Shown: positions 27,594-42,241 of the stretch, one piece after another
Layout: every line of letters begins with the position of its first letter
Position numbering within the stretch: the stretch's first letter is position 1
Assembly: GCF_009914755.1 (NCBI RefSeq)
Contig: NC_060935.1
Reading direction: 5' to 3' (one strand)
Source: the human T2T-CHM13v2.0 reference genome, Homo sapiens
Length of the DNA stretch: 64,000 nt
Position numbers and translations under genes: made by a program
Notes under the pieces: model-generated
Databases searched by the model: none
Seen by the model: the letters and a program-made list of their open reading frames with translations, nothing else
What the model was told of the DNA's origin: nothing

Positions 27594-27939
27594 GTCAGCT
27601 GTTCACCTTTCAATAGTCTGCTACAGGATCAATTAGCAGAAACATGGTTTCTGGAGTTTCTCCTGGCAGATGCATGGGCAATTTTGAGAGAAATAAACAC
27701 TAAAGCCAGAAATTAAAGTCCAAACCCTTTCACGGAGAACTTGTCCGTGTTCTTGTCTCACTCAACCTCTATTTTCAGCCTTATGTTTTACTACTTATTT
27801 TCCCTCTCCAGATCTTTATTTAGACCACACTGTATTACTTGACAGTGACTGATTATACCATTTACCATCAAACTTCTTGTCCCTGCTCATACTGTTCCCT
27901 CTGCATGGTAAACGTGTCTAGAACTGTCCCAACAGCACC

Positions 27940-29280
27940 CCATTTTAAAATTTTAATTTCTATCAATTAGTTTAAAGGCATAATCTTCCCAGAGACAACC
28001 ACTTGCAATTATTTGGCTGCTTGTTTTGATATTTACATCCATATTGCTAAATAAAATATTTATACTGCATTTTACGGCTTTTGTTTTGGTTGTTGTTGTT
28101 TTTTGCAGCTTCACATCTAATTGTTGAACTCCCACTATGGTAGCTTCCTCCAACTACACAGGCTTTCCTCCCTTCTCCATGCTTCCAAGATAGTTTATAT
28201 CTTTATAAGTTTTAGCTTGATAACTACTCAATGTGTACATCATTATATCCATGTAAATACTATTCACAGGTAAACCAGATAATATACATTTACTTTTTGT
28301 ATAATCTTTTATTTTTTCTTGGAGTTAATCATTGATTCATTTTTGATTGCTTTATTTTCTAATTACTTGGTACTAACATATCCACAAATTCTCTATCATG
28401 GGTATAAATCATCCTGATATGTTTAAACATGCTGAGTAATCTAACCATTTCATCTTTTTTTTTTTTCCTTGAAACAAACCTTCTGGAGCCTTTCTTTCTC
28501 CTAATAAAATATGGATTGGCTGTTTCCTAGAACTGTAGAAACCTAATTAACCTTGGACATCTATTTATAGTCTTCTTGGGGATTCCCTCTCCCTCTTTTC
28601 CTGTATTCTGATATTTTCCTCTCTTGGTTCACTCCAGGTGCTACGTGAAAAAGGATGGGTGGTGAAATCTGGAGAACTTTTATGACTGAAATGTGTTTAT
28701 TCTATCCTCCCTCTTGATTATTTGGGCTACATGTACAATCTTATGTTGAAAATCATTTTTCCTCAGAAGTTTGAAAGCATTGCTCCATATTAATTTAGCT
28801 TCCATCTTTACCATTATAAATTTGATGCCGTTCAAATTCTAGACACTTTGCATATATATTCTGTCTCTCTCCCCAAATCACTTTCTCCATCTTGTTCCTT
28901 CTCTCTTATTCTCTCCCTCCCTTTCTCATCCTCTCTCATCTTTATTTCTGTCTGTTTCAGATTTTAGAATCTTCTCTTTGTCTACAGTGTTCTCAAATTT
29001 CTTGACAATATATGTTGCTGTTTGTGCGTTTTCTCATTCGTTTTGCTAGACACTTGATGAGCACTTTCAACTTGGAAACTCTTTCCCTTCGGTTCTAGCA
29101 ATTTCTTTTTATTTATTATTTGGTAATTTACTCCCTTTAGATATCTCTGTTGTGTCTGTTTTCAATTCCTACTTTCAGTTTTAGAATCTGTGGGATTCAT
29201 CTTACGTTTTTTCTTTGTTTTTTTTCCTCTCCTTTTTCTTATCTTGTTGTCTTTTTCTTGTTGTTTTACTTTCTTGAGAA
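27940..29280 (-). mobile_element. Very old L1ME/HAL1-type relic including ORF1-like sequence
   Basis: gttgaaaatcatttttcctcagaagtttgaaagcattgctcca; ttctcaaatttcttgacaatatatgttg. Confidence 0.6.
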
Positions 29281-30089
29281 TTTGTTCATGAAACTCCCTC
29301 AAAGGAAAAGTTTGTGATGAATATGTGTGAATGTCTGTGTGTTAGTCTGGATTTGTAATACATAAATTATGAATATTTTGCAGAGTGCCCCTATTAATTC
29401 TCTAAATAAAGGTTTGTTAATTGGTGATTCTTTATCCTGTATTTTTCAGAGCAGCCAAATACTTAAGGATTTTATGTTACAATCAAAACCAAGATACAAA
29501 TGTCCTAAAAGAATGCTAAAGCTGCCAAAGTTTCTGTTTGTATTGCATATTAACATCATTTGGCTACTGTGTAATTAATTTAGAAAAATTAAAATGGTCC
29601 TTTGCATCATTTTCTTTATAAACCCATTCTATGAAGACCTATCTTGTTATGCAAATAAGGAGGTAAAACTAGTTTTTGATGTGCTTTTCTTTTAAATGCC
29701 CTCTCCAACTCTGACCACCCTGGCTATGATACAGCACAATTATACTTGCTACTCCTCTCCACATAAAGACCCTCCTCTCTGCAAGTAATTGAAGGTTGAT
29801 GATTATCACCACCAGGTAATATGTCTGTAGTTTTCCAGAAGCCCTCTTTTCCAATGCCTTAACCCAAAGGATAGTGATTAAAGTGGCACTAGCAGTCATC
29901 TACCCCTCTAGGGGTAGACTGGAAGAAGAAAAACATTTAGAGCCTCCCAGATCACATCATGTAGGTAGGGCTGCCTCACTCATATACTGTATGGAAAGCT
30001 GGAATACGGAAAAAATGAATGAAGTTACCTTCTCCCAAAGCCTGCCTCTTCATGAATATTCTGTTTTAATAAATGGTATGGTCTAAAAT

Positions 30090-31035
30090 AATTCCTAACT
30101 CTTCCTTCTCACTCATTCTGTTGGTCACCAAGTCCTTTCATTATACCTTAAATGTCTCTGGAAATCCTGATATCTTCTCATGTTCATTGCCATTCCTGAG
30201 TTCATATCCTAATAATTCATTTCCAAATTACTGCAGTAACTTCCCATTGTTTCTCTATCTCCAGACTTGTCCCCATTTGATTCATTCTCTATTCTACAAT
30301 CAATGTTTTTGCTACAAAATACACAACTGACACCTTCAGCTTAAATTCTTTTTAGAGGCTGCTGTGACTTTGAGGAAAACTCAAACTCTAAACCATGCCA
30401 TTGAGGCTGTGACATAAGCTGGCCTCCTGGGACCTTTCTCACTACTGCTCGTGCTAATTTATGTTCCAGCCAGGACTGATCACATAATTTGTGGGGCCTA
30501 GTGCAAAATGAAATTACAGACACCATGTTCAAATATTATTAAGAATTTTAAGAAGACGACAAGAAAGCATTTAACTAAGTGTGGGGTTCTTCTAAGCACA
30601 GGACTTATGTGACGGCACAGGTTTCACAACCATGAAGCAAGTCATGACCTGCACGACCAATATGCCATCCTATTTTATTTCATTTCATTTTTTTAGCTTC
30701 TTTTGCTCAGACCGTTTCCTCTGCCTGCTGCCCTTTTCCATTATTACCAGGCTAAATCCTATTACTCCTTACAAACTCAGTTCAGATATCTTAAACTCTT
30801 AAAATACTTTTCCTGATCTCAACCCTCCTCTTACTTCCTGCTCTGATTAAATATCCCTCTTCTGTGTTCCTAGGATACCCTGTATGTACCTTTGTGGTAG
30901 ATTCTTATCATTAAATTGTTTATATCTTTCTCCTTCAGTCTGTGCACTCTGACTTTCCCCTTGACATCCCAGAGTCTAGAACAGTTCTTGGCACACAGTA
31001 TGTGCATAAAAGTTTGTTTAGTATAAAATTAAAAA
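30090..31035 (+). mobile_element. L2 3' region
   Basis: ttggtcaccaagtcct...cagagtctagaacagttcttggcacacagtatgtgcataaaagtttgtt. Confidence 0.7.
30471..30646. mobile_element. MER45A (hAT-Tip100)
   Basis: cataatttgtggggcctagtgcaaaatgaaa...gcacaggtttcacaaccatgaagc. Confidence 0.8.
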
Positions 31036-32092
31036 TAAATGTTTTTTAGAATGAAAGCTCAGAATTTTAATTCAGTGTTTCCTTTCATAACAGCACACAT
31101 AATTATTCTTTTTGCACATATTTAGGAGTGCATATTTTGCTGGCATATGTCAGGTGAAGTGTTAAAACACAGACTTCACTATATGTTATGAAGATCAGAA
31201 GGAATAATTTGACCTTTAAAATTGATATGAGTCTATACTATAGCTATTAAATACACAATTTTAACTCAGTCATTTGATATGTGTATTAGCCTTGTGAATA
31301 ATTACTTTTTCAGAAGCTTTGCATATTTAAAAAATAGGGATTTTTAAAAAGAATATGTTTCTTAGTTTCTTACTAATGTTCTGAGTGACATTTAATGTCT
31401 AAAATTTATCTAAGAGCCAGAGAAATTGATCTATCAGGGTTTACCCTTTCCTAGAAGGCTTTAGCTGTTTTTTGCTCTTACTGAAAATGTTATATTTGTA
31501 GTAGACTTTTACAGCAAAATACGGTCTCCTGTGGAGTCACTCGGACAAATATAAAACCCCCTTTAACTCAATTAGGTAAACTGCGCAACAATTTTATTCC
31601 TGTTTTAAAGAAGTGGAACTCTAACTGCCTAACATGGTGGATACCCCAAATTTACTCATTCATAGTATTTTTTAAGAATAACCTAATAAAAAATAAAACC
31701 ATCTCATTTAATAATTTCAATAAAAAGAATAACTTAATAATCCAATTAATTACTCAAAGTATTTGAAGCTAAAGTCTTTTCACAATGTATTTTTAGATAT
31801 TTGAAAATATATTGTACTTAAAATTTTCACTTAACCTCATATCAAAATTATGTCCCTGTTATTAAAAACCTTATTATCATAAGTATTAAAAATTATGTTT
31901 TTATATGAAGATGGCATTATTAACTTATTATTTCCTTTTGTGTAAGTTTTCTGGTGTTGCTAAGTTTTTCTGAAATGAATAGCATTATAATAAATATATA
32001 GTAAATACATATAATTGGGTCAAATTGCATTATCAAATTGCTTTCTACAAACATTGTACCAAACTACATTTTAAATGTCTGTGCATTGACCA

Positions 32093-32916
32093 TTTTTTTT
32101 TTTTTTTTTTTTTTTTTGGGTAGACACTATTGTTTATTGACAAATTTCTTTTTTTTATTATTATTATTATACTTTAAGTTTTAGGGTACATGTGCACAAT
32201 GTGTGGGTTAGTTACATACGTATACATGTGCCATGCTGGTGTGCCGCACCCATTAACTCGTCATTTAGCATTAGGTATATCTCCTAATGCTATCCCTCCC
32301 CCCTCCCCCCACCCCACAACAGTCCCCAGAGTGTGATGTTCCCCTTCCTGTGTCCATGTGTTCTCATTGTTCAATTCCCACCTATGAGTGAGAACATGCA
32401 GTGTTTGGTTTTTTGTCCTTGCAATAGTTTACTGAGAATGATGATTTCCAATTTCATCCATGTCCCTACAAAGGACATGAACTCATCATTTTTATGGCTG
32501 CATAGTATTCCATGGTGTATATGTGCCACATTTTCTTAATCCAGTCTATCATTGTTGGACATTTGGATTGGTTCCAAGTCTTTGCTATTGTGAATAGTGC
32601 CGCAATAAACATACGTGTGCATGTGTCTTTATAGCAGCATGATTTATAGTCCTTTGGGTATATATGCAGTAATGGGATGGCTGGGTCAAATGGTATTTCT
32701 AGTTCTAGATCCCTGAGGAATCGCCACACTGACTTCCACAGTGGTTGAACTAGTTTACAGTCCCACCAACAGTGTAAAAGTGTTCCTATTTCTCCACATC
32801 CTCTCCAGCACCTGTTGTTTCCTGACTTTTTAATGATTGCCATTCTAACTGGTGTGAGATGGTATCTCATTGTGGTTTTGATTTGCATTTCTCTGATGGC
32901 CAGTGATGATGATCAT
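32093..32916 (-). mobile_element. Young L1PA (L1PA3-like), 5'-truncated, with a short 3' transduction and second poly(A)
   Basis: L1 32149-32916 nearly consensus; ORF 32466-32888 = ORF2p C-terminus ([24 protein letters not shown]); 31 nt non-L1 then T25; accattt at both ends. Confidence 0.93.
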
Positions 32917-33149
32917 ACCATTTCTAACATGTATTTTCTTTTTCTCTCAATATTTTACAAAATATTTACTAATTCAGTGAAAATATTGTTTAAACATGTA
33001 TTTGATTATTTATGAGATTTGAGACTTTTTTTTACAAATTTTTATTATTTGTTTACATTTGTTTGAATACAAAAGGAAGTAGTAAAACTTTACATTAGTA
33101 TCACTGTATTAATTATTTCCCTGAGCCATTTTCCCACTCCCTTTGAATA

Positions 33150-33780
33150 ATGGTATTCTAAATAGTTCTTGCCTTATAGCACATTCCAGACTCCTCTTTT
33201 TCTTTCTTCCTCCTCTCTCTGTCTCTTATATGCTTATATTCTCAGGCTTTCTTCTCTTCTGCCTATACAACTCTCCCCATTTGATTTCATCTGCTCTAAG
33301 TGCTAAAGAATCCATTTATATTTTTATCTTCAACTGACATGTCCTTTTCCTTTCTTTGAGCTTTAAACACAGATTGCCAACTGTTTACTGAATGCCTGTA
33401 GTTGGCTCTCTGATAGCTACTTCAAAATTAACAAATCTGAAATTTAATAAGTCATTTCCCCCATCAAACTTGAGCAGCCCCACGCTTGCCCCTTTCTGAT
33501 GTTTCAGTCATTGGATTATCATATAACCATCATCCAATAACTCAGAGGCATATATTATCAGCCTTTAAACCTTCAACTATCAGATTTCATCAATTATAAT
33601 TTTGAAATATTTCTCAAATTGTGTTCAAACCCACTGATATCATCCTTGTCCAAAACACGTTGTCTGGACTATTTAAATAATCTCTTAGCTGCAACCCTCC
33701 ATTTCCAATCAATTTGCACATAACAGTGAGAATTATATTCTTAAATGCATATTCTATCATGGCACTCTCATTCTTAAGAT
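33150..33780 (+). mobile_element. L2 relic
   Basis: cagattgccaactgtttactgaatgcctg...cttcaaaattaacaaatctgaaa; ctggactatttaaataatctctta. Confidence 0.65.
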
Positions 33781-34363
33781 CTTTAAGACTTCAGCTTCCA
33801 GCCAATATGGAATAACCAAGACTAGACTTGTCTCCCACTTAAAACAACTAAGAGTGTTGACAAAAATATATGAAATAATAGCTTTCTTAAGGTAGATGTC
33901 AAGCAATGAGAGGCAGTGACACCTGAGAGACAGGAAATAAATTGCCCAGTCACAGCATGGAGAATTTCTAGGCATACAGTAAGATATAGGAGAGGAGACA
34001 GCTGCACAGAAAAAGAATTGCTAAAATCTGCCAAAAATCCTTTTCAATAATTCAGGCAAGAACTGATCAACATGTGTATGTGACGAAACTCTAAAAGCTT
34101 CCTTCCAAAGCTGAAGGAAGAATCACCTGAAGAAGTTAAGATTAGAGGAAACAGCAGTGGGAATATTTTATTTTGTCCTTGGCAGAGTAGAAAATCTTCT
34201 ATTCTGGAAGTTTTACATAGGGCATTACATAGAACACTCAGAGGAATTGACTTAGTGAGGAATAATTACAACTAGACTAAAGATTACTCTGACTAACTTA
34301 ACCAATCTTAAAAGCAAGACATGAAATATTTCTCAAAAATTAAGGTATAAAAAGTCATTTTGT

Positions 34364-34671
<308 letters not shown>

Positions 34672-35327
34672 TCATTTTTTTTAGACACAGAAAAGCTGAA
34701 AGAATTTATCACCAGCAGAGTACCCTACAAAAAATATTAAAGGAAGTTCAGACAGAAGGAAAATGCTACCAGATGGAACTACACATAAGAACAAAAAGCA
34801 TTAATATGGTAACTACCTGGGTAAATACATAAGATTTCTCTTATTATTATTTAACTTACATTAAACAATCATTAATTTTTAAACAAAATAATAACAATAT
34901 AGGGTTGAGTTAATAACTACGTGGAAGAAAAATGATGAAAATATTGGCACAGAACCAAGAAGTGATAAGTGAAATTATACCAATATAAGGATTTTAGACT
35001 ATATGTGAAATGATATAATATCACTTAAAGATAGACCATGCTAAGTTGAAGCTGTTTAATATAAACTTGAATGTGACCACTGATATAACAAGGTAGGGTC
35101 ATAGCTAATAAGCCAGAAAAAAGGACATGAAATGAAATAATAAATAACAATTCAAAAAAGGAAATGAAAAGAGGAAAAAATAGTTAAGAGATGGAACAAA
35201 TAGAAAATGAAAAGCAAGACGATAGATTTGACCTTAATCATATTAAAAATCAAATAATTATAAATGGTCAAAATATGCCAATTAAAAGGCAAAGATTTGT
35301 CAAGCTGGATTTTAAAAAGCAAGGCCC

Positions 35328-35639
35328 AGCTGAGTGTGGTGGCTCACAGCTGTAATCCCAGCACTCTGGGAGGCCAAGGTGGGTGAATGGCTTGAGTCCA
35401 GTAGCTTGAGACCAGCCTGGGCAACAGAGCAGGATTATGTCTCTACCAAAAAAAAAAAAAAAAAATCAAAACAACTATCTGGACATGGTGTCATGGACCT
35501 GTAGTCCCAGCTACTTGGGAGGCAGAAGTGGGAGAATCACTTCAGCCCCAGAGGTCAAAGCTGCAGTGAGCTGAGATCACGTCACTGTACTCCAGCCTGG
35601 GCAACAGAGTAAGACTCTGTCTCAAAAATTAAAAAAATG
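35328..35639 (+). mobile_element. AluJ
   Basis: gcttgagtccag / gaggtcaaagctgcagtgagc diagnostics; 14-bp TSD aaaaagcaaggccc. Confidence 0.93.
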
Positions 35640-38600
35640 AAAAAGCAAGGCCCAATTAAATGCTATCTGCAAGAAAGTCACTTTAAACATAAAGACATAA
35701 ATAGGATAAAAGTAAAATAATGAAAAAAGATACAACATGGTGAAACTAATCAAAATAAAGCTGGAGTGATGATGTTAACAACAAAGTAGATTTCAGAGCA
35801 AAGACTATTACTAAAGTTAAAGTTCATTTCATAATGATAAAGAGTCAACTGCTCACGAGGACAAAAATATTAGAAAATTTTACAATTTCAGGTGGAGATT
35901 TCAAAACCATTCTCTCACTAGTTGATATAACCAAAATCAGAAATCCATAGAAATACAGAAGACTTTAACAACACTCTCAGATAATTGTGCGTAATTGATA
36001 TTCATAAAATAAAAATGTGAAGATATTCATTATTTTTATGTGCACATGCAATATTTACTAAGACCTTATGTGGGGTCACAAAGCAAGTATCAATAAATGT
36101 AAAAGAATTTAAGCCATAACAAATATGTTCTCTGACCAAAAAGAAGGATAAAAATCAATAATGGAAAGATATCTGAAAAATACCTCAAATATTTGGAAAC
36201 TCCAAAGAAAAAATCAAAGGGGAAAACAGAAAATATTTTGAGCATAATAAAATGAAATAAATATCTAAATTTATTGGCTGCAGCTAAAGCAGTAATTTTA
36301 TGGCACAAAATGTCTATAATAGAAAAGGAAAATCTCAAATCAATAATTTCAACTTCACCTAAAATAACTAGAAAAAGTAGAGCAGATGAAGCCCAAAGTA
36401 AGAAGAAGAAAAGTCAGAATGTAATTCAGTGAAATAGAAAACAGAAACAATAGAGAAAATCAATACAATCAAAAGCTAGTTCTTTAAAAAGATTTATGAA
36501 ATTAGTAAAACTCATCCATACTGGTTAGACCAAATAAAGAGAGATTGCGTATATCACCAGTATCATGAAGGAGACACATATCCACTATAGGTTTTACAGA
36601 TATTGAAGGGATAATAATAAGGAATACTATGACAAATCTTAGACCAAAAAGTAGACAATTTAGATGAAATGTACACATTTCTTGAAGGACACAAGCTAGC
36701 AAATATAACTCAAGAAGAAACAGATAACCTAAGTCATCCTATATAAAAGAAATGTATGGCAGTTAAAACATTATACACACATGCACAGTTCAGATGGTTT
36801 CACTGGTGACATCTAAAAACTTTTTAAAAGAAGTAAAAAAAGTCTGTATAATATTTTCCATAAAATTGAAGAGTAGGGAATACTTTCAAATCAGTCTCTC
36901 CATTGAATATATGATTTCAAAACAAGACAAATGTATTACAAGAAAAGAAAACTATAGGCCAACATCACTTGTAAATGTAGATTCAAAATTTCCAAACTAA
37001 GTTTTAGCAAATCTAATTCATATATATATATATATGTATATATATGACCAAATGGATTGATCCTATGAATGTAATGTTGATCTCATAAAGAGATCAATAA
37101 TAACTAAAGTTATTAATGATATTAATAAACTAACAAGAACGTATGATTATTCCAAAGGATTCTGAAAAAAATGGCAATATCCAACATCTATTCCTAAAAA
37201 AATCCTCTCAGAAAACTATAATAGAAGGGAAGTTCTTGTACTTAATAAAGATTATGTACAAAACCTAAAGTTAACATCCAACTTGATAGTGACACACTGG
37301 TTGATTTCTCCCAAAGAAGAAGGACAAGGTAGGGATTTCTACTCTCACCACTCTTATTCAACATTGTACTTGTGGCAATAGCCAGTAAAATAAGAAGTAA
37401 AACATACATCAAGTTTAAAAAATAAGATATGAAATAATCTTTATTTGCAGAAGACATGACAGTTTATGTAGAAAACGTTTTGGAGTTTGTGATAAGTAGC
37501 TCCTATAGTAACTAGCATGTATGTTTAGCAAGGTTGCACAATACAAAATCAATATAAAAATATCAATTATATTTCTATATTCAAGAAACAAACCAGAATT
37601 GAAAAAAAATCATTCCATTTAAAATAGCACAAAAATATAATATGCTTAGGGACAAATCTTACAAAATATGACATACTTAGAGATGAATCTGACAAATCTG
37701 ACAAAACTACAATCAAAACATTGTTTAAAAAAATCAAGGAAAACATAAACAAATGGAGAGAAATACCAAGTTCATGGGCCAGAAGACCAAGTATTGGTAA
37801 GATGTCAGTTCTCCCAAAATTCAAATATTCAACACAGTCCCATAAAAATCTCAGAAGTCTTTTTGATGAATTGACAAAGTGATTTTAAAATTCATAAAAA
37901 ATGCAAATGGCTCTAGAATAGCTACAATAAACTTGAAAATGAAGATGAAAATTAGAGGACTAACAATACTTGAATTTAAAATTTTAATATAAAGCTAAAT
38001 TTATAAAGAGTGTATGACATCAGCATAAAAATTGAAAAAGCAACCAATAGAACTAAACAGATCATCCTGAAATAGAACCCTACATATAGGGACAGACAGC
38101 TAAATTTTGGAAAAGGTGTAGAGGCAGCTCAGTGGGGAAAGAATATTATTTTCAGCAAATGGTGTTGTAGCTATTGAATATTCACATGCAAAAAAAGAAC
38201 TTTAATCCATACCTCTTACTATATCAAAAACTCAAAATGGATCATATATTTATATGTAAAACTTGAAACTAAAAACATGTAAAGGAAAACATAGTAAAGA
38301 ACATTCTTTGTGACATTGGATTAGACAAACAACGAAAGCGTAATACTTAAAACCAAAAAGTCCAAAAAGATAAATTGGACTTTAATATTAAAACCTCTGC
38401 TCTTTGAAAGACACTGATAAAAGAATGAAAAGGCAAGCCAAAGACTGAGAGAAAATATTTGCAAACTATACTTCTGATAAAAACTTGTATCCAAAATATA
38501 TAAAGAATTCTGTAATCTAAATAATAAGAAAATAAACAATCCTAAATAATAAGAAAATAAACAACAAATAAAAATTGGGCAAGATATTTGAACAGACACT

Positions 38601-38810
38601 TCATCAAAGAAGATATATGGATGACACACACGAAAACATTCAACATCATTAATCATCAGGAAAATTCCAGTGATATCACAGAAAATTCCAGTGACATCAC
38701 AACATGTTTATTAGAAAGGCTAAAAGACAACTAGCTCTACCAAGTGTTGACAAGAATATGGAGGAACTGGAATTCTCATACACTAATGGTGGAAATATAT
38801 TGTTTTAGTC

Positions 38811-39271
38811 CAATAGAGTTTGGATGTTTTTTTCCCCTCCAAATCTCATGTTGAAATGTGATCTCCAATACTGGAGGTGGCCCTAGAGGAAGGTGTTTGG
38901 ATTATGGGAGTGAATCCTTCATGAATGGCTTAGCGCCATCCTTTTAGTGATAAATGAGTTCTTGCTCATTAGTTCTATTAGTTCTTGCTCTATTATTCCA
39001 CACTAATGCTCTGGTAGTTCACAAAAGAGCTGGTTGTTTAAAAGGCTTCTGGCACATCCTCCTTTCTCTTTGCTCTATCTCTAACCATGTGACAGGCCTG
39101 CTTCTCTTCACTTTTTGCCATAAGTAAAGCGTCTTGGGCCTCATCAGCAGCCATACAGATGCTGGTGCCATGTTAGTACAGCCTGCAGAACTGTGAGCCA
39201 AATAAATCTCTTTTCTCTATAAATTACCCAGCCTCAGGTGTTCCTTTATAACAATGCAAATGGAAAATGCA
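38811..39271 (+). mobile_element. MSTB-like solo LTR
   Basis: gtttggatg...ccaaatctcatgttgaaatgtgatc...aattacccagcctcaggtgttcctttata; 5-bp TSD tagtc. Confidence 0.88.
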
Positions 39272-39437
39272 TAGTCAAAGGTACTCATCTAAGAGAAAAT
39301 CATATGTTCATACAGATATTTTAAACATGAATGTTCACTGAAGCTTTATTTATAACAGCCCAAAACTGGAAACAAATCAAATGTCTATCAAGAAGTCAAT
39401 GGTTAAAGAAAGTGCTATGTCTTCATTAAATGAAATA

Positions 39438-39667
39438 CATGTTGAGCATCCCAAATTCAAAATTCCAAAATCTAAAATGTTCCAAAATTCAAAACTTTTT
39501 GCGTACTGATATGATGCTTTAAAACATGTTCATTGTAGCATTTGGATTTTTGGATTAGAGATGCTCAGCTAGTAAATAGAATGCCAATATTTCAAAATCT
39601 GAAAAAAAAATCAAAAATCTGAAATACTTGTGATTCCAAGCATTTTGAATAAAGCATACTCAACCTT
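39438..39667 (-). mobile_element. Tigger4a/MER46A MITE
   Basis: TIRs catgttgagcatccc ... gcatactcaacct, about 230 bp. Confidence 0.85.
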
Positions 39668-40099
39668 ACTATTTAGCCATAAAAGGGAATAAGCAATTGA
39701 TACATATAGCAACATGGGTGAACTGAAAATGAACATGCTGAATAAAAGAAGCCAGACAAATGAGGGCATATATATTTTTTCATTTATATAAAATGTTAAA
39801 AAGTGCACACTAATCTATCGTGACAAAGATGTTCAGTGATTGTTTTAGTATGGGAAGGAGTATGATAGCACAGAAGGGAAGAATGACAAGGGGATATGAG
39901 AAAAAATTTGGGGTTGATTAATATGTTCACTACCTTCATTATGGTGACAGTTTTTCTGTTTTTATGGGAATAGTTTTACAGGTGTATACATCTGTCGAAA
40001 TGCCAAATTGTGTAAACTTTATATATAAGCAATTCATTATATGTAAAGTATGCCTGTATAAGAAAAAAAACTATAGACGCCTTAAGCATAAAGCTTAGC

Positions 40100-40420
40100 G
40101 TTTTAGCCTGTGCACATGCTGACTTTATCCAAACCTGGTTAAATCCTACTCTATCATCATGTTTTAGCTTAAACATCACCTTCTGAAGAAGGCCTCCCTG
40201 AACCCCAAGGAGTCAAAATTCCCCTGCTACATTCTCCCATGCTGTCTCATATTTTTTCTTTTGTACATCCAGATGCAAAATTTGCTTTTCAGACTTGCTT
40301 GTAGCTTGTCTGAGAACAGAAACTGTCATTCTCTTATTTATGCCTATGATCTGGAACCTTATTCAGTGTCTGGTTCAAAGTGAGCTTTCAAAAAGTAAGA
40401 TTTGATTATATTGTAATTGA
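40100..40420 (+). mobile_element. L2 3' fragment
   Basis: cttaaacatcaccttctgaagaaggcctccctga...cagtgtctggttcaaagtgagc. Confidence 0.6.
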
Positions 40421-41127
40421 ATTGAGGAGAAAGAAAGGAAACACTTTTAATTGGGCAAAATTTCCCACTACTCACAAAATGATTCCAGGTAGAAGCCCTC
40501 TTCTTTGCCTACCCTCAGATTTAAACCTACCCTTTTTTAGCCAAAACCAAAATTGTACATTCTCTGTCCTTTCTTCTGAGGAATTTAAACTGCCTGTTAA
40601 GAAGGTGAGAAATCCTTTCAAGTGGTCTTCTCAGCTTAGCTAGAATAACTAAAAACAGAAAAGCAAGTTAAGAAAGTTAATGTGAGCTTGTTCTTTTCAT
40701 ATTGTTATCTCCAGACTGTGGACACTCTGAGCTGGCTTTATTTACCATCTGAAAGATGAAATAAACTCAATAAACTCTTAGTGAAGGAAGAACTATGACC
40801 CCACAGCAATGGAAAAAAATAGTTTAGCTCATTCAGACTCTTCTATTGATAGAAAGATTAGAGGGCCTCAGAAAAAAAGGGGAGTCTTTTCCCAAAGAAA
40901 TATTCACACATAAAAATGCATAAAATGTGACCTGCCCTAGGTTCTTGTATGCCATTGAACAGGATCGTGTTAAGCAAAAATGCATGATCAGGAACAAACT
41001 ACATTGCATACTTATTCATGACATGTGCTCAATATTTTTGTACAAATGATATATTTTTATCTGCACAAAAAATGTATATTCAACATCTGACATGTACCCA
41101 TCATTGTGCTATGAACTTTAGCTATAG

Positions 41128-41348
41128 CAGTGGTTTTCAAGTGGGAGCAATTTTGCCTTCTGAGGGGGGACTTAGCAATGCCTGGACACAGTGTTAGTTG
41201 TCTCAATTTGGAGGTAAGGGGGGCTGCTAGCATCTAGTCTGTAGAAGCCAAGGATGCTACTAAACATCCTACATTGCATAAGACAGCCCCACACAGCAAA
41301 TAAGTATTCAGCTCAAAATATCAATAGTGTCAAGGTTAGGAAACCTTG
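41128..41348 (+). mobile_element. MER20 (hAT-Charlie)
   Basis: cagtggttttcaagtgggagcaattttgcc...ggatgctactaaacatcctaca...aggttaggaaaccttg. Confidence 0.9.
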
Positions 41349-42241
41349 GGCTAGAACAATAAAGTAGGTTGTGATGGCCCCTGCTCTCAGATAGTTCCTA
41401 TCCTCAGTGAATTTGTGGTTAAAGTAACCCTTAAGACAAATAGTTACAAAGGCAGCAATGTGACTGTAAGCACGCTTATGTCCAATTCATATTTTTACCT
41501 TAAATGTACAGCATAGTTTTTAGTCCATTGTAGGTGAATAATGAACATGTGTTGAGTAATAGAATAGGTGATGCAAGCTTCTTATTTTTCCTCTCTATAA
41601 TTTTATTTAGGTATGGATGTAGAATGTGTGTGTGTTTGCATGAGAAGATATATAGTGCGCTGTTGGGATTTTATGTTAATTTCTTTTAATAGCTTTGTTG
41701 AGATGCAATTGGCATACAGTATACTATATACACTTCAAGTATATAATTTGCTAAATTTTGAGATGCATATACACCCATGAAGTCCTCATCAAAATAAAAA
41801 TAATGAACATATCCCTCACCACCAAAAAGTTCCTCATGATATTTTGTAATCCCTCCTACCTGCCACAATCTATTATTTAATTAGCAGCTAACCACCGACC
41901 TGCTTGTTGTCACTATAAATTAGTTTGCACTTTCTTGAATTTTATATAATGGAATAAGAAAGTATGTATTCTGTCTTTTCTATCTACTTTCATGTGGCAA
42001 AATTATTTTGGAAAACAATATTGTTTTTTGTGTATCAATAGTTCATTCCTTGTTACTGCTAAGTAATATTTCATTTTATACCACAATTTCTTTATCCATT
42101 CACCTCATGATGGACATTTGGGTTATTCCAGTTTGGGGCTATTAAAAAAAAGTTGTTATGAACGTCTTTTTGTTTGAGCACATGAGCTTTCATTTCTTTT
42201 GGATAAATACCTAAGACTGGTATGGCTATATCATATGATAG

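Noticed and set aside
29899-29918. Hairpin tctacccc-tcta-ggggtaga
   Set aside because: An isolated 8-9-bp stem with no supporting context, within chance expectation.
32466-32888. 140-aa ORF with a Cys-rich motif (also ORFs at 4371, 4690, 36794)
   Set aside because: Fragments of L1 ORF2p from truncated or decayed copies, not host genes.
38801-39271. Apparent inversion of the MST LTR (tgttttagtcca on the left resembles the reversed LTR end)
   Set aside because: A clean 5-bp TSD (tagtc) flanks a complete plus-strand LTR, and the left sequence is explained by decayed host L1.
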